Shown: positions 37,440-48,096, counted from the stretch's first letter. The stretch: 64,000 nt of DNA from Chloroflexota bacterium (GCA_013816405.1 JACDEL010000002.1:6220-70219), one strand, 5' to 3'. The notes: generated from the sequence alone by a model not told the origin. Numbers and translations are program-made.

Positions 37440-37451
37440 CGCATTCACCTT

Positions 37452-37486
37452 CGAACGCCGCCTCCCGCCAGGCGGCGTTCGCCTTT
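37452..37486 (+). terminator. Hairpin after tRNA-fMet
   Basis: GAACGCCGCCT/AGGCGGCGTTC stem with a short T tract. Confidence 0.6.
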
Positions 37487-37612
37487 CCACCACATCGCCT
37501 GCTCACAGAATGCTCACAAACGCACCGACAGATCGCGTGGATCTGGCTCAACGTAGGCGTCCGCCACGCTTCTCGATGATGGGTAACAAAGGGGCGCTCG
37601 ACCCTGGGACTT

Positions 37613-38170
37613 CTACCCCAGGCGTTTGATCGCTTCATCGGTGGTGATGACATCCGCGAACTCGCCATGCACGCTTGCGAGCGCGGTCCGATGGACGAGC
37701 TCCGCCGGAAAGACTTCACCATCGGGACCCTCCCGGTCGTACGTAGAGCAGGCATCTCCGACGTACCAGGTCTCAAACCCGAGATTGCCAGACATCCGAA
37801 CCGTGGTCGAACCGCAGTGGTCGGTGGTGAACGCGGCGATCACCACGGTCGTCGCCCCCGTACTGCGCAGCCGTTCCTCGAGATCGGTGCCGATGAACGC
37901 GGAATTCACCTCCTTGGTGAGCACGAGCTCCCCTTCCTGCGGCACGACCTCATCCATGAACTCGAACCCGGGGTTGCCTTCGTGAAGCATCGGCCAGTCC
38001 GGATCCGTCTCGCGATGCCGAACGTGGATGATGGGTGCTTCGGCTGTGCGCCACGCTTGCAGTAGCCGGGCGACGTTCTCTTCAGCGCTGGGATCGTTGT
38101 TCCGCTGTCCGAACGCGGGGTCATCCCACGCATTCTGAACATCGACAACGAGCAAAGTGGGCTTCGCGAT
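37613..38170 (-). CDS. Isochorismatase-family cysteine hydrolase
   Basis: LVVDVQN, KEVNSAFIGTDL, TTDHCGSTT; probable ATC start at 38170 (TTG at 38155). Confidence 0.88.
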   Translation of the reverse strand: MAKPTLLVVDVQNAWDDPAFGQRNNDPSAEENVARLLQAWRTAEAPIIHVRHRETDPDWPMLHEGNPGFEFMDEVVPQEGELVLTKEVNSAFIGTDLEERLRSTGATTVVIAAFTTDHCGSTTVRMSGNLGFETWYVGDACSTYDREGPDGEVFPAELVHRTALASVHGEFADVITTDEAIKRLG

Positions 38171-38318
38171 GGTGGTTCCTCCTCAACGCGGGATCCCCCT
38201 CTTCCAAACCGGCAGCCACCGGATAGTTGGATGTTAGGCGTCGGGCGTCCCCCGCAACCACAGACCCTCAGAAACCGAACGCCGCCTCCCGCCAGGCAGC
38301 GTTCCCGTTTGCGCGCGC

Positions 38319-38666
38319 CTAGCGCCTGGCGGTCTTCTTGCGTGCCCTGGCGTTGGCCTTGGCGACCGAGCGGACAATCAGCAGGAAGACGATCGCCACC
38401 ACCATGGCCAGCGTTGCCAGGCGGGTGGCATCCACCGCCGGCTCCCAGGCGACCTGGCCATCGCGGATGATCCACGCTCCGGCAGGCGTGGCCCTCACAC
38501 CGAATCCGCCGCCGGCATTGGTCTCGCTGTCGCCGCCTCCCCCGCCGCCGCCAGCCACCTTGGCCGCGGGGATCACCAACACTCCATCGCGCTCGACCGG
38601 CTCGCCATACACTCGCTTCACGGTCATCACATCACGCGCGCCGCTGAGCAGCTCGTCAACGTTCAT
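38319..38666 (-). CDS. YtfJ/GerW-family protein
   Basis: VYGEPVERDGVLVIPAAKVAGGGGGGG...GGGFG; C-terminal TM helix. Confidence 0.85.
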   Translation of the reverse strand: MNVDELLSGARDVMTVKRVYGEPVERDGVLVIPAAKVAGGGGGGGDSETNAGGGFGVRATPAGAWIIRDGQVAWEPAVDATRLATLAMVVAIVFLLIVRSVAKANARARKKTARR

Positions 38667-38711
38667 CGGTCTGTCTCCTGTTCGGTCGGGGGACCCAGTC
38701 TAGGGCGTGCC

Positions 38712-39947
38712 TCAGGTTGGCCGATGCGCCCCCGGCTCCATCTCGACCATGGCGTGATGGATCCCGTAGTGGTCGAGCAGCGCCAGGTAAGGGTCCGGGT
38801 CGAAGGCCTCGGGCGCGTGCACGCCGCTCCCCGACCAGGCCCCGGTGGCGAGCAGCTCCATGGCGATCACCGGGTTGAAGCCGGTCTGCCAGCCGACCAC
38901 CTGCGAGCCGGTGGCGCGCAGGGTCTCTGCGGCATCGGCCATCTGGTACAGAAAGACCTCTCGTGGCTTGCCATCCTTTGAGCCGATGACCCAGGTCCCG
39001 ACCACCGCCTGGCCGACCATCTTGTCGCCCATGGTGATCGGGTCGGGCACGACTGCCGCGACCACGTCCCGGGGCGAGACTTCAACACCCCGGACGCGCA
39101 CCGGCTCCGTACGGTCGAGGCCGATGTCGTGGAGGAACTGCAGCTTCGCGATGAAGTCGCTCCCCAGCGCGTACTTGAAGGTGACCCGCCGCACGCCCTT
39201 CAGGTAGCGAGGCACGAGCAGCACCTCCTCGTGCTCGACGTTGACGCACTCGACCTGGCCGATCCCCTCGGGGAACGGGAAGGCCTCCGGCGCGCTGAAC
39301 GGTGGGGTGGTGACCCAGTCGCCCTGCTCTCCATCCCACTCGACCGGCGGGTTGAGGCACTCCTCGATCGTGGTCCAGATGCTGAAGACCGGGGCGAAGG
39401 CGTACCCGGGAATGTGCAGGTCGCCCCCGTCGCGGATGTGGACCTCGCGCACCTCGTCGAAGAGGTGCTTGGCGGCATGCGCGGCAAAGACGTCGGTCAG
39501 GCCCGGATCCATCCCCATCCCCAGGAGGGCGAGGCGTCCCGCCCGCTCCCACTCCTCCGCGCGGTCGAACTGTTCGTCGCCCAGTTTGACGCCGGGGAAC
39601 CGGAACGGGTCCTTGGGGTGCGGGCGCGACAGGCTGGTGGCCATGTCCATGTAGTGCACGCCCGCCGCGAGCGCCCCGTCGAAGATCGGCATCACGAAGC
39701 GGGGGTCGACGGCGTTCATCACCAGGTCGACCCGGTGCCGCCGCGCCAGGTCGGCAACCGCTACGGAATCGCGAGCGTCGATCCGCTCGCCGGGGAAGCG
39801 GTCGGCGTCGCCCAGCGTGGCCTGGAGCGCCATAACACGGGCGAAGTCGTAATCGGCCAGCACCATGAGCTCGCACCACTCCCGCTGCCCGCACATGCGG
39901 GCGATCGCTTCGCCAACCGTGCCGATCCCCACCAGCAATATGCGCAT
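38712..39947 (-). CDS. Saccharopine dehydrogenase family (carboxyspermidine synthase-like)
   Basis: GIGTVG Rossmann motif, NAVDPRF, GMDPG, IWTTIEECLNP, VNVEHEE. Confidence 0.88.
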   Translation of the reverse strand: MRILLVGIGTVGEAIARMCGQREWCELMVLADYDFARVMALQATLGDADRFPGERIDARDSVAVADLARRHRVDLVMNAVDPRFVMPIFDGALAAGVHYMDMATSLSRPHPKDPFRFPGVKLGDEQFDRAEEWERAGRLALLGMGMDPGLTDVFAAHAAKHLFDEVREVHIRDGGDLHIPGYAFAPVFSIWTTIEECLNPPVEWDGEQGDWVTTPPFSAPEAFPFPEGIGQVECVNVEHEEVLLVPRYLKGVRRVTFKYALGSDFIAKLQFLHDIGLDRTEPVRVRGVEVSPRDVVAAVVPDPITMGDKMVGQAVVGTWVIGSKDGKPREVFLYQMADAAETLRATGSQVVGWQTGFNPVIAMELLATGAWSGSGVHAPEAFDPDPYLALLDHYGIHHAMVEMEPGAHRPT

Positions 39948-39957
39948 GACTCTCTCC

Positions 39958-40875
39958 TCAGCCGAACATCTGGCGCAGCGCGAAGAGGACATTGGCAGGT
40001 CGCTCGGCCAGGCGTCGCATGTACCAGGCATACCAGGCCTCGCCGTAGGCGACCAGGGCGAGCACCCGGTATCCCTCCAACGCGAGGCGCAGCTGCTCCT
40101 TCTGGCGGATCCCGTACAGCATCTGGATCTCGAAGACGTTCTTCGCCACTCCCACCGCCTCGGCATGCGCCGCGACCCGCTCGATGAGCTTCGTGTCGTG
40201 CGTGCCCATCCCAAGTCGGAGATCGCCGCTCCCTGCGTGCGGGAGCATCAGCACGCACAGGGACTGGTAGGCGCCGTCCACCTCGTCCTTGCGCCGGAAG
40301 GCGATGCTGGACGGCTCGTCGTATGCGCCCTTGACCATTCGGATCGCCGGCTTGAGCGGCAGCAGGGCGTGGACATCGGCCGGTGTCCTCCGCAGGTAGG
40401 CCTGCAGGCAGATGCCGAAGTTCGGGTGCTTCTCCTTCAGGGACCGGTACAGATCGAGGGTGGCATCTGTGTACGCGCTCCCCTCCATATCGAGCCACAC
40501 CAGGCCGTTCCGTTGTGCTGCGTGGTCAGCCAGGCTGGAGAGGAGCCGCTCCGCGGCATCGCGGTCGAGGTCCAGGCCCAGCTGGGTGGGTTTGACGCTG
40601 ATCTCGGCATCCATGCCGCGCGCCGCGATCATTTCGAGCAGCCCGTGGTAATGGTCAGCGACCGCCTCAGCCTCGGAGAGGTCCGCCAGGTTCTCTCCGA
40701 GCTGGGTGAACAGGATCCCAATGCCGTGCGGTCGAAAGAACTCCGCGGCGTCCAGCGCCTCCTCCACGGTCTCCCCTGGCATGAAGCGGCGCACCGCCCG
40801 ACGCACGAACCAGATGCGAGGCAGCCAACGCTTCAGCAGGCGGTTGCGGGCCATCCAGAGGAGGAGCGGGCGCAT
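39958..40875 (-). CDS. Proline dehydrogenase (monofunctional)
   Basis: RFMPGE, SVKPTQLG, DMEGS, LQAYL, RMVKGAY, GTHD, RRLAERP. Confidence 0.93.
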   Translation of the reverse strand: MRPLLLWMARNRLLKRWLPRIWFVRRAVRRFMPGETVEEALDAAEFFRPHGIGILFTQLGENLADLSEAEAVADHYHGLLEMIAARGMDAEISVKPTQLGLDLDRDAAERLLSSLADHAAQRNGLVWLDMEGSAYTDATLDLYRSLKEKHPNFGICLQAYLRRTPADVHALLPLKPAIRMVKGAYDEPSSIAFRRKDEVDGAYQSLCVLMLPHAGSGDLRLGMGTHDTKLIERVAAHAEAVGVAKNVFEIQMLYGIRQKEQLRLALEGYRVLALVAYGEAWYAWYMRRLAERPANVLFALRQMFG

Positions 40876-40925
40876 GCCTCGATGATCGCACGCGATCGGC
40901 GTAACCGATGGCTATCCTCAGCGGC

Positions 40926-40997
40926 GGGCCGTTAGCTCAGTGGTAGAGCAGGGGACTTTTAATCCTCGTGCCGTGGGTTCGATCCCCACACGGCCCA
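40926..40997 (+). tRNA. tRNA-Lys(TTT), CCA not encoded
   Basis: Acceptor GGGCCGT/ACGGCCC, anticodon loop CTTTTAA, GGTTCGATCCC. Confidence 0.95.
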
Positions 40998-41015
40998 CAT
41001 CGCCGCGGGTGGTTG

Positions 41016-41204
41016 TCAGCCGTGCGGATCCTCGGTCGTGACCTGAATCTCCTCGTCACACGCGGAGCATCGGAAGAGGCGCTGGCCCCGGATGAGCTCA
41101 CGCTCGGGGTCGCGTGCGTCGGGAGAGTGGGAGTCGACGGGCCTCATCTCAACCCAGTCGTTGCCGTGCCGGTGCAGAATCCGGTTCGTCTCAAAGTTCA
41201 ACAT
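41016..41204 (-). CDS. 62-aa hypothetical protein with HxH and CxxC
   Basis: GGAGG SD; ILHRHG...FRCSACDEEI. Confidence 0.7.
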   Translation of the reverse strand: MLNFETNRILHRHGNDWVEMRPVDSHSPDARDPERELIRGQRLFRCSACDEEIQVTTEDPHG

Positions 41205-41435
41205 GCGCCTGGTCCTCCAATCGCCTCGATGTTCGTTCAGTAGTGTCCACGATCCGCCGGCAAGACGCCACCCCGAACACACGCCGAGGGCGGGTGGACT
41301 GGCCTTCGCTGCGGTGCAGCCGTGCACGTCGCGAGCGTGCCGAGACGTAGATACCCAAGCAGCACAGAACCGGTACGCTGCGCATCGGAGCCCCGGACCC
41401 CGACCGGCACAACGGTTGCAGCCACCTGGAGACCG

Positions 41436-42053
41436 ATGCGTTTCTCGCTGATTCCCCGCGAGACTAAGTTCTTCGACATGTTCGTCGAGGACGCTCGCAA
41501 CGTCTTGGGCGCGGCTCGCCTGCTCGAGCAGTTCTTCCGCAACTACGACGACCGCGAGCGGCTAGCCAGCCAGCTACGCGACGCCGAACATGCCGGCGAC
41601 CAGATGAGCCACGAGATCGGCCGCAAGCTGGAGTCGACCTTCGTCACGCCATTCGATCGGGAGGACATCCACGCGCTGATCAGCCGCCTCGACGACATCA
41701 TCGACCTGATCGAGGAGGTCGCCGATACCTGCATCCTCTACAACATCGACGCTCCGACGCCGCCGGCCATCCAGCAGGCCGAGATCATCGTGCGTCAATG
41801 CGAGCAGCTCGCACAGGGCCTCGAACGGCTGCGCCACTTCAAGGGCGTTGAGACCTTCTGGATCGAGATCCATCGGCTCGAGAACGAGGGGGACCGGATC
41901 GCGCGGCAGGCGGTCGCGGAGCTCTTCAAGCAGGGACAGGACCCGATGGACGTGATCAAGTGGAAGGACGTCTACGCGCTGCTCGAAGAGGCGATCGACT
42001 CCGCGGAGGACGCGGCCAACGTGATCGAGCGGATCGTCGTCAAGCATGCCTGA
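41436..42053 (+). CDS. DUF47 (PhoU-like) Pit accessory protein
   Basis: EHAGD, FVTPFDREDI, LENEGD, IKWKDVY. Confidence 0.93.
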   Translation: MRFSLIPRETKFFDMFVEDARNVLGAARLLEQFFRNYDDRERLASQLRDAEHAGDQMSHEIGRKLESTFVTPFDREDIHALISRLDDIIDLIEEVADTCILYNIDAPTPPAIQQAEIIVRQCEQLAQGLERLRHFKGVETFWIEIHRLENEGDRIARQAVAELFKQGQDPMDVIKWKDVYALLEEAIDSAEDAANVIERIVVKHA

Positions 42054-43047
42054 GGGCTTCACCGCGGTCCTGATCGCGGTGCTCGCCCTGGCGGTCCTGT
42101 TCGACTACATCAACGGTTTCCACGACACGGCGAACGCGATCGCCACCTCGGTCAGCACGCGGGCGTTGAGCCCGCGACTCGCCATCGCGATGAGCGCCGC
42201 CGCCAACTTCGCTGGGGCGCTGACCGGGACGGCGGTCGCCAAGACCATTGGCGCAGGTTTGATCGCACCGCAGGCTGAAGGCGGGCTGGTCGTCGCTGCC
42301 GCCCTCGTGGGCGCGATCGTGTGGAACCTGCTGACCTGGCGCCTTGGCATTCCGTCCTCGAGCAGCCACGCGCTGATCGGCGGCCTGCTGGGTGCGAGTG
42401 CTGCGGCTGTGGGATTCGGTGCCTGGCAGGTCGGCGGAATCCTCGGCAAGGTGATCCTGCCCCTCATCGGATCTCCGATCGTCGGCTTCATCGGCGGGTT
42501 TGCCCTGATGGTGCTCATCTTCAACCTGTTTCGGAGGGCACATCCGAAGACCATGAACGACCGATTCCGCCGCCTCCAGGTGCTGTCCGCAGCCTTCATG
42601 GCCTTCAGCCATGGAAGCAACGACGCGCAGAAGACGATGGGGGTGATGACGCTGGCGCTCCTCTCGGCGGGCGTCATCCCCGAATTCAAGGTGCCCCTGT
42701 GGGTCATCATCCTGGCAGCCAGCGCCATCTCGCTGGGGACGGCAGCGGGTGGCTGGCGAATCATCCGCACCATGGGCTCCAAGGTCGTCAAGCTCGACCC
42801 AGTGCATGGCTTCGCGGCGGAGACGACGGCTGCGACCATCATCTTCGGCGCCTCGGCGCTCGGGATGCCGGTGAGCACCACCCATGTGATCTCGAGCGCG
42901 ATCCTGGGGGTCGGCTCGTCAGACCGATTCCGCGCGGTGCATTGGGGCGTGGCGCGTCGCATTGGGATCGCCTGGGTGCTGACGCTGCCCGCCTCGGGGC
43001 TGGTTGCGGCGCTCGCCTACCTGCTGCTGAGGCCGATGCTCAGCTGA
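42046..43047 (+). CDS. pit: Inorganic phosphate transporter (PiT)
   Basis: NGFHDTANAIAT, PSSSSHA, HGSNDAQK, PVSTTH. Confidence 0.95.
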   Translation: MPEGFTAVLIAVLALAVLFDYINGFHDTANAIATSVSTRALSPRLAIAMSAAANFAGALTGTAVAKTIGAGLIAPQAEGGLVVAAALVGAIVWNLLTWRLGIPSSSSHALIGGLLGASAAAVGFGAWQVGGILGKVILPLIGSPIVGFIGGFALMVLIFNLFRRAHPKTMNDRFRRLQVLSAAFMAFSHGSNDAQKTMGVMTLALLSAGVIPEFKVPLWVIILAASAISLGTAAGGWRIIRTMGSKVVKLDPVHGFAAETTAATIIFGASALGMPVSTTHVISSAILGVGSSDRFRAVHWGVARRIGIAWVLTLPASGLVAALAYLLLRPMLS

Positions 43048-43060
43048 TCCCGCCCCTGGG

Positions 43061-43423
43061 CTAGCTGAAGAAGACGAACCGAATCCCCACGATCACCAGC
43101 AGCACGCCAAAGCCGCGCTGGACAACTTCAACCGGCAGCGAGATGCCGAGCCTCGCTCCGAGGTAAGCCCCGAGCAGGAGGCCAATCGCCAGCACTGCCG
43201 CAAAACGAAGGTCGACGAATCCGCCTCGCCAGTATTCCAGCGCACCCAGCGCGCCAACAGGCAGCAGCAGCACGGCCAGTGATGTCCCCGCCGCCTGGGT
43301 GGTCGTGAGTCCGACCGTTAGGACCAGTAACGGCACGATGACGATCCCGCCGCCGATCCCGAAGAGACCCGACAGGACACCGGCCAGCAGGCCGATGCCA
43401 CCGACGACCAGCAGCTGAACCAT
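43061..43423 (-). CDS. Half-size TauE/SafE (TSUP) membrane protein
   Basis: GLFGIGGGIVIVP, AAGTSL; GAGGAGG SD. Confidence 0.88.
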   Translation of the reverse strand: MVQLLVVGGIGLLAGVLSGLFGIGGGIVIVPLLVLTVGLTTTQAAGTSLAVLLLPVGALGALEYWRGGFVDLRFAAVLAIGLLLGAYLGARLGISLPVEVVQRGFGVLLVIVGIRFVFFS

Positions 43424-43490
43424 TGGGCCTCCTCGTATGCGGCGGGCCACGACCAATGCGGCGAGGATACACGCGCACATTTCACACGGC

Positions 43491-43519
43491 GTTGATGTTC
43501 CGATAAGGATCGGTTAAGG
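43491..43519. promoter_or_regulatory. Candidate Pho box (three repeats, 11-bp period)
   Basis: GTTGATG / GATAAGG / GTTAAGG at 43491, 43502 and 43513, upstream of pstS. Confidence 0.55.
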
Positions 43520-43571
43520 CCGAACCGGGATCCTCCGAGCGAATCCAAGGCACATGTTTGGAGGAATCCCG

Positions 43572-44603
43572 TTGACCCTTTCCCGACGAGTCCGGCCCAC
43601 CGTGGCCGGGATCCTGGCCGGAGCCGTCATCCTGGCCGCCTGCTCGAACACCGGATCACCCGACGAATCCTCCGGCCCATCGGTGGCGCCGGTTAGCGGC
43701 ACGCTCACCATCTCCGGCTCCTCGACCGTGGAGCCGATTAGCAGCATCGTGGCCGAAGACTTTCAGGCGCTGAATCCCGATGTCGAGTACAGCGTCAAGG
43801 GACCCGGCACCGGCGACGGATTTGCCAAGTTCTGCAATGGCGAGACCGACATCAGCGACGCCTCGCGCCCCATCAAGGACGAAGAGGCCACCGCGTGCGC
43901 CGATAAGGGGATTCATTACGTCGAGCTGAAGATCGGGATTGACGGGCTCAGCGTCATCACCTCCCCGGCCAACGACGCCGTCACCTGCCTGAGCTTCCTG
44001 GATCTCTATGCCCTGCTCGGACCCGAATCGCAGGGCTTCGCCAACTGGTCCGACGCGGATGCGCTGGCCGGCGAGCTGGGCAGCCTCGAAGGCTTCGGCG
44101 ATTCGCACGCCCCGTACCCGGACGTCGCGCTCGAAGTGACCGCCCCCGGCGAGGAGTCCGGCACCTACGACAGCTTCGTGGAGTTCGCCATCAGCAAGAT
44201 CGCAGGCGAGCGTGAGCAGGAAGCGGTGACGCGCCCCGACTACATCCCTTCTCCCGACGACAACATCATCATTGAAGGGATCGCAGGCTCGGACAGCTCG
44301 CTGGGCTGGGTTGGGTTCGCCTTCGCCGATGAGAGCAGCGATAGCGTCAAGTCGCTGGAGGTTGATGGCGGCAAGGGATGCGTGGCACCCACGCCGGAGA
44401 CCATCGCATCCAATGACTACCCGATGTCCCGACCGCTCTTCATCTACGTCAACATCGACAAGGAAGCAACGAATCCGGCCATCACCGCATTCGTCGATTA
44501 CTACCTCTCGGATGCCGGCATCGCCGCCGTGACCGAGGCCGATTACATCGCCCTCACCGCCGAGGAGCTGGCCGCAACCCGTTCCACGTGGGACAGCCAC
44601 TGA
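43572..44603 (+). CDS. pstS: Phosphate ABC transporter substrate-binding lipoprotein
   Basis: Lipobox LAAC, SGSSTVEP, GTGDGF, DASR, SGTYDSF; TTG after GGAGG. Confidence 0.93.
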   Translation: MTLSRRVRPTVAGILAGAVILAACSNTGSPDESSGPSVAPVSGTLTISGSSTVEPISSIVAEDFQALNPDVEYSVKGPGTGDGFAKFCNGETDISDASRPIKDEEATACADKGIHYVELKIGIDGLSVITSPANDAVTCLSFLDLYALLGPESQGFANWSDADALAGELGSLEGFGDSHAPYPDVALEVTAPGEESGTYDSFVEFAISKIAGEREQEAVTRPDYIPSPDDNIIIEGIAGSDSSLGWVGFAFADESSDSVKSLEVDGGKGCVAPTPETIASNDYPMSRPLFIYVNIDKEATNPAITAFVDYYLSDAGIAAVTEADYIALTAEELAATRSTWDSH

Positions 44604-44621
44604 CTGCTGCTCCACTACCTC

Positions 44622-44655
44622 GCGGGGGCCGGGCGATCCGTCGTCCGGCCCCCGC
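44622..44655 (+). terminator. Strong intercistronic hairpin after pstS
   Basis: GCGGGGGCCGGGCGA-TCCG-TCGTCCGGCCCCCGC with no long T tract, so possibly an mRNA stabiliser. Confidence 0.6.
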
Positions 44656-44681
44656 TGCTCCTTCGCTAGGATGATGATCCC

Positions 44682-45599
44682 ATGACGAGGCTCTCTGCCC
44701 TCGACCTGCGCGTGGCTCCGAGACGCCGCCGACGTGAGGCGATCGTTCGCGCCGCCTTTGCCGGCACCGCCGGCCTGACAGTCGTCATCAGCGGGGCGAT
44801 CGTCCTGTCGCTGGTCGGCAATGCGGTCTCGTTCATCGCGCAGGTGGACCTGGGTGCGCTCTGGTCGGATGGCTGGTTCCCGCGCCGCGGCATGTACGAC
44901 ATCAAGACGATCGTCGCGGGCACATTGATCATCGCCAGCATCGCGATGCTGGTGGCGGCACCGCTTGGCATCGCGACGGCGCTGTACCTCTCCGAGTACG
45001 CCGGTCGGCGTACCCGCAGCATCCTGAAGCCGGTTCTCGAGCTGCTGGCGGCGATCCCGTCGGTCGTGCTCGGTTTCTTCTCCCTGACCTGGATCAGCCC
45101 CAACCTGATCCAGGCGCTCACCGATGCGCCGCTCTTCAGCATGGCGTCGGCCGGGATCGCGGTAGGGATCCTGGTTACGCCCCTCGTGAGCTCGGTGGCC
45201 GAGGACGCCATGCACGCGGTTCCCGATTACCTGAGGGAAGCCTCCTACGGGCTCGGTGCTCGTCGGCGCACGACCAGCGTACGGGTCGTCGTCCCTGCAG
45301 CCGTGAGCGGGATCGTCGCGGCGTTGCTGCTGGGGGTATCACGCGCCATCGGCGAGACGATGATCGTCGCTATCGCCGCCGGCGCCACCGGGGGGTCCCT
45401 GTTCGGCCTCAATCCCCTGGAGCCCGGCCAGACCATGACGGCGGCCATGACCGCGCTGGCGATCGGCTCCGACCAGGTCCGCGGCGCGGCGCTGACGTTC
45501 GAGAGCCTCTTCCTTGTCGGGCTGCTGCTGTTCCTGATGACGCTCGCCCTGAACCTCGCCAGTGAGGCATTCGTGCGGCGCGTACGGAGGCAGTACTGA
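44682..45599 (+). CDS. pstC: Phosphate ABC permease
   Basis: LYLSEYA, ELLAAIPSVV, SRAIGETM. Confidence 0.95.
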   Translation: MTRLSALDLRVAPRRRRREAIVRAAFAGTAGLTVVISGAIVLSLVGNAVSFIAQVDLGALWSDGWFPRRGMYDIKTIVAGTLIIASIAMLVAAPLGIATALYLSEYAGRRTRSILKPVLELLAAIPSVVLGFFSLTWISPNLIQALTDAPLFSMASAGIAVGILVTPLVSSVAEDAMHAVPDYLREASYGLGARRRTTSVRVVVPAAVSGIVAALLLGVSRAIGETMIVAIAAGATGGSLFGLNPLEPGQTMTAAMTALAIGSDQVRGAALTFESLFLVGLLLFLMTLALNLASEAFVRRVRRQY

Positions 45600-46516
45600 T
45601 GAGCGCGGCTTCCTCCCCCTCCACCGCTGACCTGGTTGCTCTGCGCCTGCGCAGCGGCGGCTTCGATTGGCAGAGCTACGTCTTGCACGGAGCGATGCTG
45701 CTCGCGATGCTGCTCGCACTCGGGATCCTGCTAGTGCTGCTGGCCGATGTTGCCGTAAAGGCCCTCCCCGTCCTGACGCAGCGCCCCCTCGACTTTCTGA
45801 CCTCCGACCTGTCGTCGCGGCCCGCGCGCGCAGGGATCGCGCAGGGACTCGTCGGTTCGCTGCTGCTGGTGCTGTTTGTGGCCTTCCTCGCCCTCCCGAT
45901 CGGCGTCGGAGCTGCGGTCTACCTGGAGGAGTATGCCCGCGATACCCCGATCACTCGCTTCGTCCGCACCAACATCCGCAACCTGGCCGGCGTGCCCGCG
46001 ATCGTGTACGGCCTGCTGGGGCTTGCCGTATTCGTCACCCTGCTGGGACTGGGCGAAATCCTGGTCGTGGGCGGGTTGACACTCGCGATCCTGGTGCTCC
46101 CCATCGTGGTCATCACGACCTCGGAGGCGCTGCGCGCCGTCCCGGCCAGCATCCGTGAAGCTGCGCTGGGGGTTGGTGCGACCCGCTGGGAGACGGTCCG
46201 CAACCATGTGGTGCCGTACGCGGCGCCTGGCATCCTGACCGGCACCATCCTGTCCCTGGCGCGCGCCTTCGGCGAGACCGCGCCGCTGCTGATGGTCGGC
46301 GCGGTGGCGGGCACGTTCAGCGTGCACGGCGGCCTGATCGAACAGCTCACCGGCCCGTACACCGCGCTCCCCACCATCGTCTTCAACTGGGCGGGCCAGC
46401 CTCAGGACGAGTTCCGCAGCCTGACTGCCGCGACGATCGTTGTGCTGGTGGCCGTCATCCTGCTGGTCAACGGGACGGCCATCCTGCTGCGCAATCGGTA
46501 CGATAGGCGTTGGTAG
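45599..46516 (+). CDS. pstA: Phosphate ABC permease
   Basis: [29 protein letters not shown]. Confidence 0.95.
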   Translation: MSAASSPSTADLVALRLRSGGFDWQSYVLHGAMLLAMLLALGILLVLLADVAVKALPVLTQRPLDFLTSDLSSRPARAGIAQGLVGSLLLVLFVAFLALPIGVGAAVYLEEYARDTPITRFVRTNIRNLAGVPAIVYGLLGLAVFVTLLGLGEILVVGGLTLAILVLPIVVITTSEALRAVPASIREAALGVGATRWETVRNHVVPYAAPGILTGTILSLARAFGETAPLLMVGAVAGTFSVHGGLIEQLTGPYTALPTIVFNWAGQPQDEFRSLTAATIVVLVAVILLVNGTAILLRNRYDRRW

Positions 46517-46523
46517 CCCCAGC

Positions 46524-47378
46524 ATGACGATCACCGAACAGCGGCAAGCCGTGGAGGTTCGCCCGCGCATGACAATCGAGGCCCGCGAGGCGCCGCTCCC
46601 TGGGCTGGGCGACGCGGAGATCGTCTTCGACGTGCAGGCGTTCAGCGCCTACTACGGCGCGTTCCGGGCACTGAAGGAGATCACCTTCCAGATTCGCGAG
46701 CACCAGATCACGGCCATCATCGGTCCATCTGGATGTGGGAAGAGCACCCTCCTGCGCGGCTTCAACCGGATGAACGACCTCGTGCAGAGCGCGCACTCGG
46801 AGGGCCACATCCTCTATCACGGGGTCGACCTGTACGCTCCGCAGGTCGATCCGGTGGAGGTGCGCCGTCGGATCGGGATGGTCTTCCAGAAGCCCAACCC
46901 GTTCCCCAAGTCGATCTATGACAACGTGGCGTTCGGTCCCCGCGTGGCAGGCTACAAGGGCGACATGGACGAGCGGGTCGAGCAGTCGCTTCGCCGGGCA
47001 GCCATCTGGGACGAGGTCAAGGACAAGCTCACCACGCCGGGGACTGCCCTCTCGGGTGGGCAGCAGCAGCGCCTGTGCATCGCGCGCGCCATCGCGGTCG
47101 AGCCCGACGTCATTCTGATGGACGAGCCGTGCTCCGCCCTCGACCCGGTCGCCACCCTGCGGATCGAGGAGCTGATGCACGAGCTCAAGCAGAACTACAC
47201 GATCGTGATCGTGACCCATAACATGCAGCAGGCAGCCAGAGCCAGCGACGTCACCGCATTCCTGACAATGGGCGACGACCGTGCGGGCTATTTGGTCGAG
47301 ATGGACACCACCGACAAGATCTTCACTCGACCTGAGCATCGGCTGACGGAGGACTACATCACCGGCCGGTTTGGCTAG
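46524..47378 (+). CDS. pstB: Phosphate ABC ATPase
   Basis: [37 protein letters not shown]. Confidence 0.96.
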   Translation: MTITEQRQAVEVRPRMTIEAREAPLPGLGDAEIVFDVQAFSAYYGAFRALKEITFQIREHQITAIIGPSGCGKSTLLRGFNRMNDLVQSAHSEGHILYHGVDLYAPQVDPVEVRRRIGMVFQKPNPFPKSIYDNVAFGPRVAGYKGDMDERVEQSLRRAAIWDEVKDKLTTPGTALSGGQQQRLCIARAIAVEPDVILMDEPCSALDPVATLRIEELMHELKQNYTIVIVTHNMQQAARASDVTAFLTMGDDRAGYLVEMDTTDKIFTRPEHRLTEDYITGRFG

Positions 47379-47388
47379 GAGGCGCGTC

Positions 47389-48096
47389 ATGGACAGAGGC
47401 AGCGGGCAGGCCGGGGTCAGCCTTGGCCATGGGCACGAGCGCCTGCGACCGACCTTCGAGCAGGCTCTCGCCAACGTCAAGGACAACGTGCTGCGCCTCG
47501 GCGCGTTGGTGGAGCGAGCCGTGGAGCGCGCCGCGCGTGCGCTCGTCGAGCGTGACGTCGAGCTGGCGGACCAGGTCCGCTGGGAGGACGCCGACGTCAA
47601 CGAGCTGCAGCGCTCGATCAACCAGGAGATCACCTCCCTGATCGCGCGGCAGGGACCGGTGGCCCGCGACGTCCGCGAGCTGCTCGCCCTCTATCACGCG
47701 GCAGCGGAGCTCGAGCGGATGGGCGACTACGCGACCAGCATCGCCAAGCTCGCCCAGCAGCTGGCCGCAGAGCCGGAGGAGCCGATTTTCCGCCAGATCC
47801 CAGAGATGGAGCGACTATGCCGCTCCCAGCTCCGCGCCGCCATGCGTGCCCTCGTTGACGTCAGCGAGCAGCAGGCGCGCGACGTGTGCGCGGGCGACGA
47901 CGAGCTCGACGCGCTGTACAAGAGCGTCTACGAAGCCTCCATCGCGCTGATGGAGAAGTCCCCGGATCGGGCGCGGCAGGCGACGCACATGCTCTTCGCC
48001 GCGCATCACCTCGAGCGGCTGGGCGACCGAGTCACGAACATCGGCGAGGACGTCGTCTTCCTGGTGACCGGGCAGATCGAGGACCTCAATCCCTGA
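47389..48096 (+). CDS. phoU: Phosphate signalling protein PhoU
   Basis: PVARDVR, LERMGDYA, LERLGDRVTNIGE. Confidence 0.93.
   Translation: MDRGSGQAGVSLGHGHERLRPTFEQALANVKDNVLRLGALVERAVERAARALVERDVELADQVRWEDADVNELQRSINQEITSLIARQGPVARDVRELLALYHAAAELERMGDYATSIAKLAQQLAAEPEEPIFRQIPEMERLCRSQLRAAMRALVDVSEQQARDVCAGDDELDALYKSVYEASIALMEKSPDRARQATHMLFAAHHLERLGDRVTNIGEDVVFLVTGQIEDLNP

Noticed and set aside
41205-41435. Riboswitch upstream of DUF47-pit
   Set aside because: No recognisable aptamer consensus by eye
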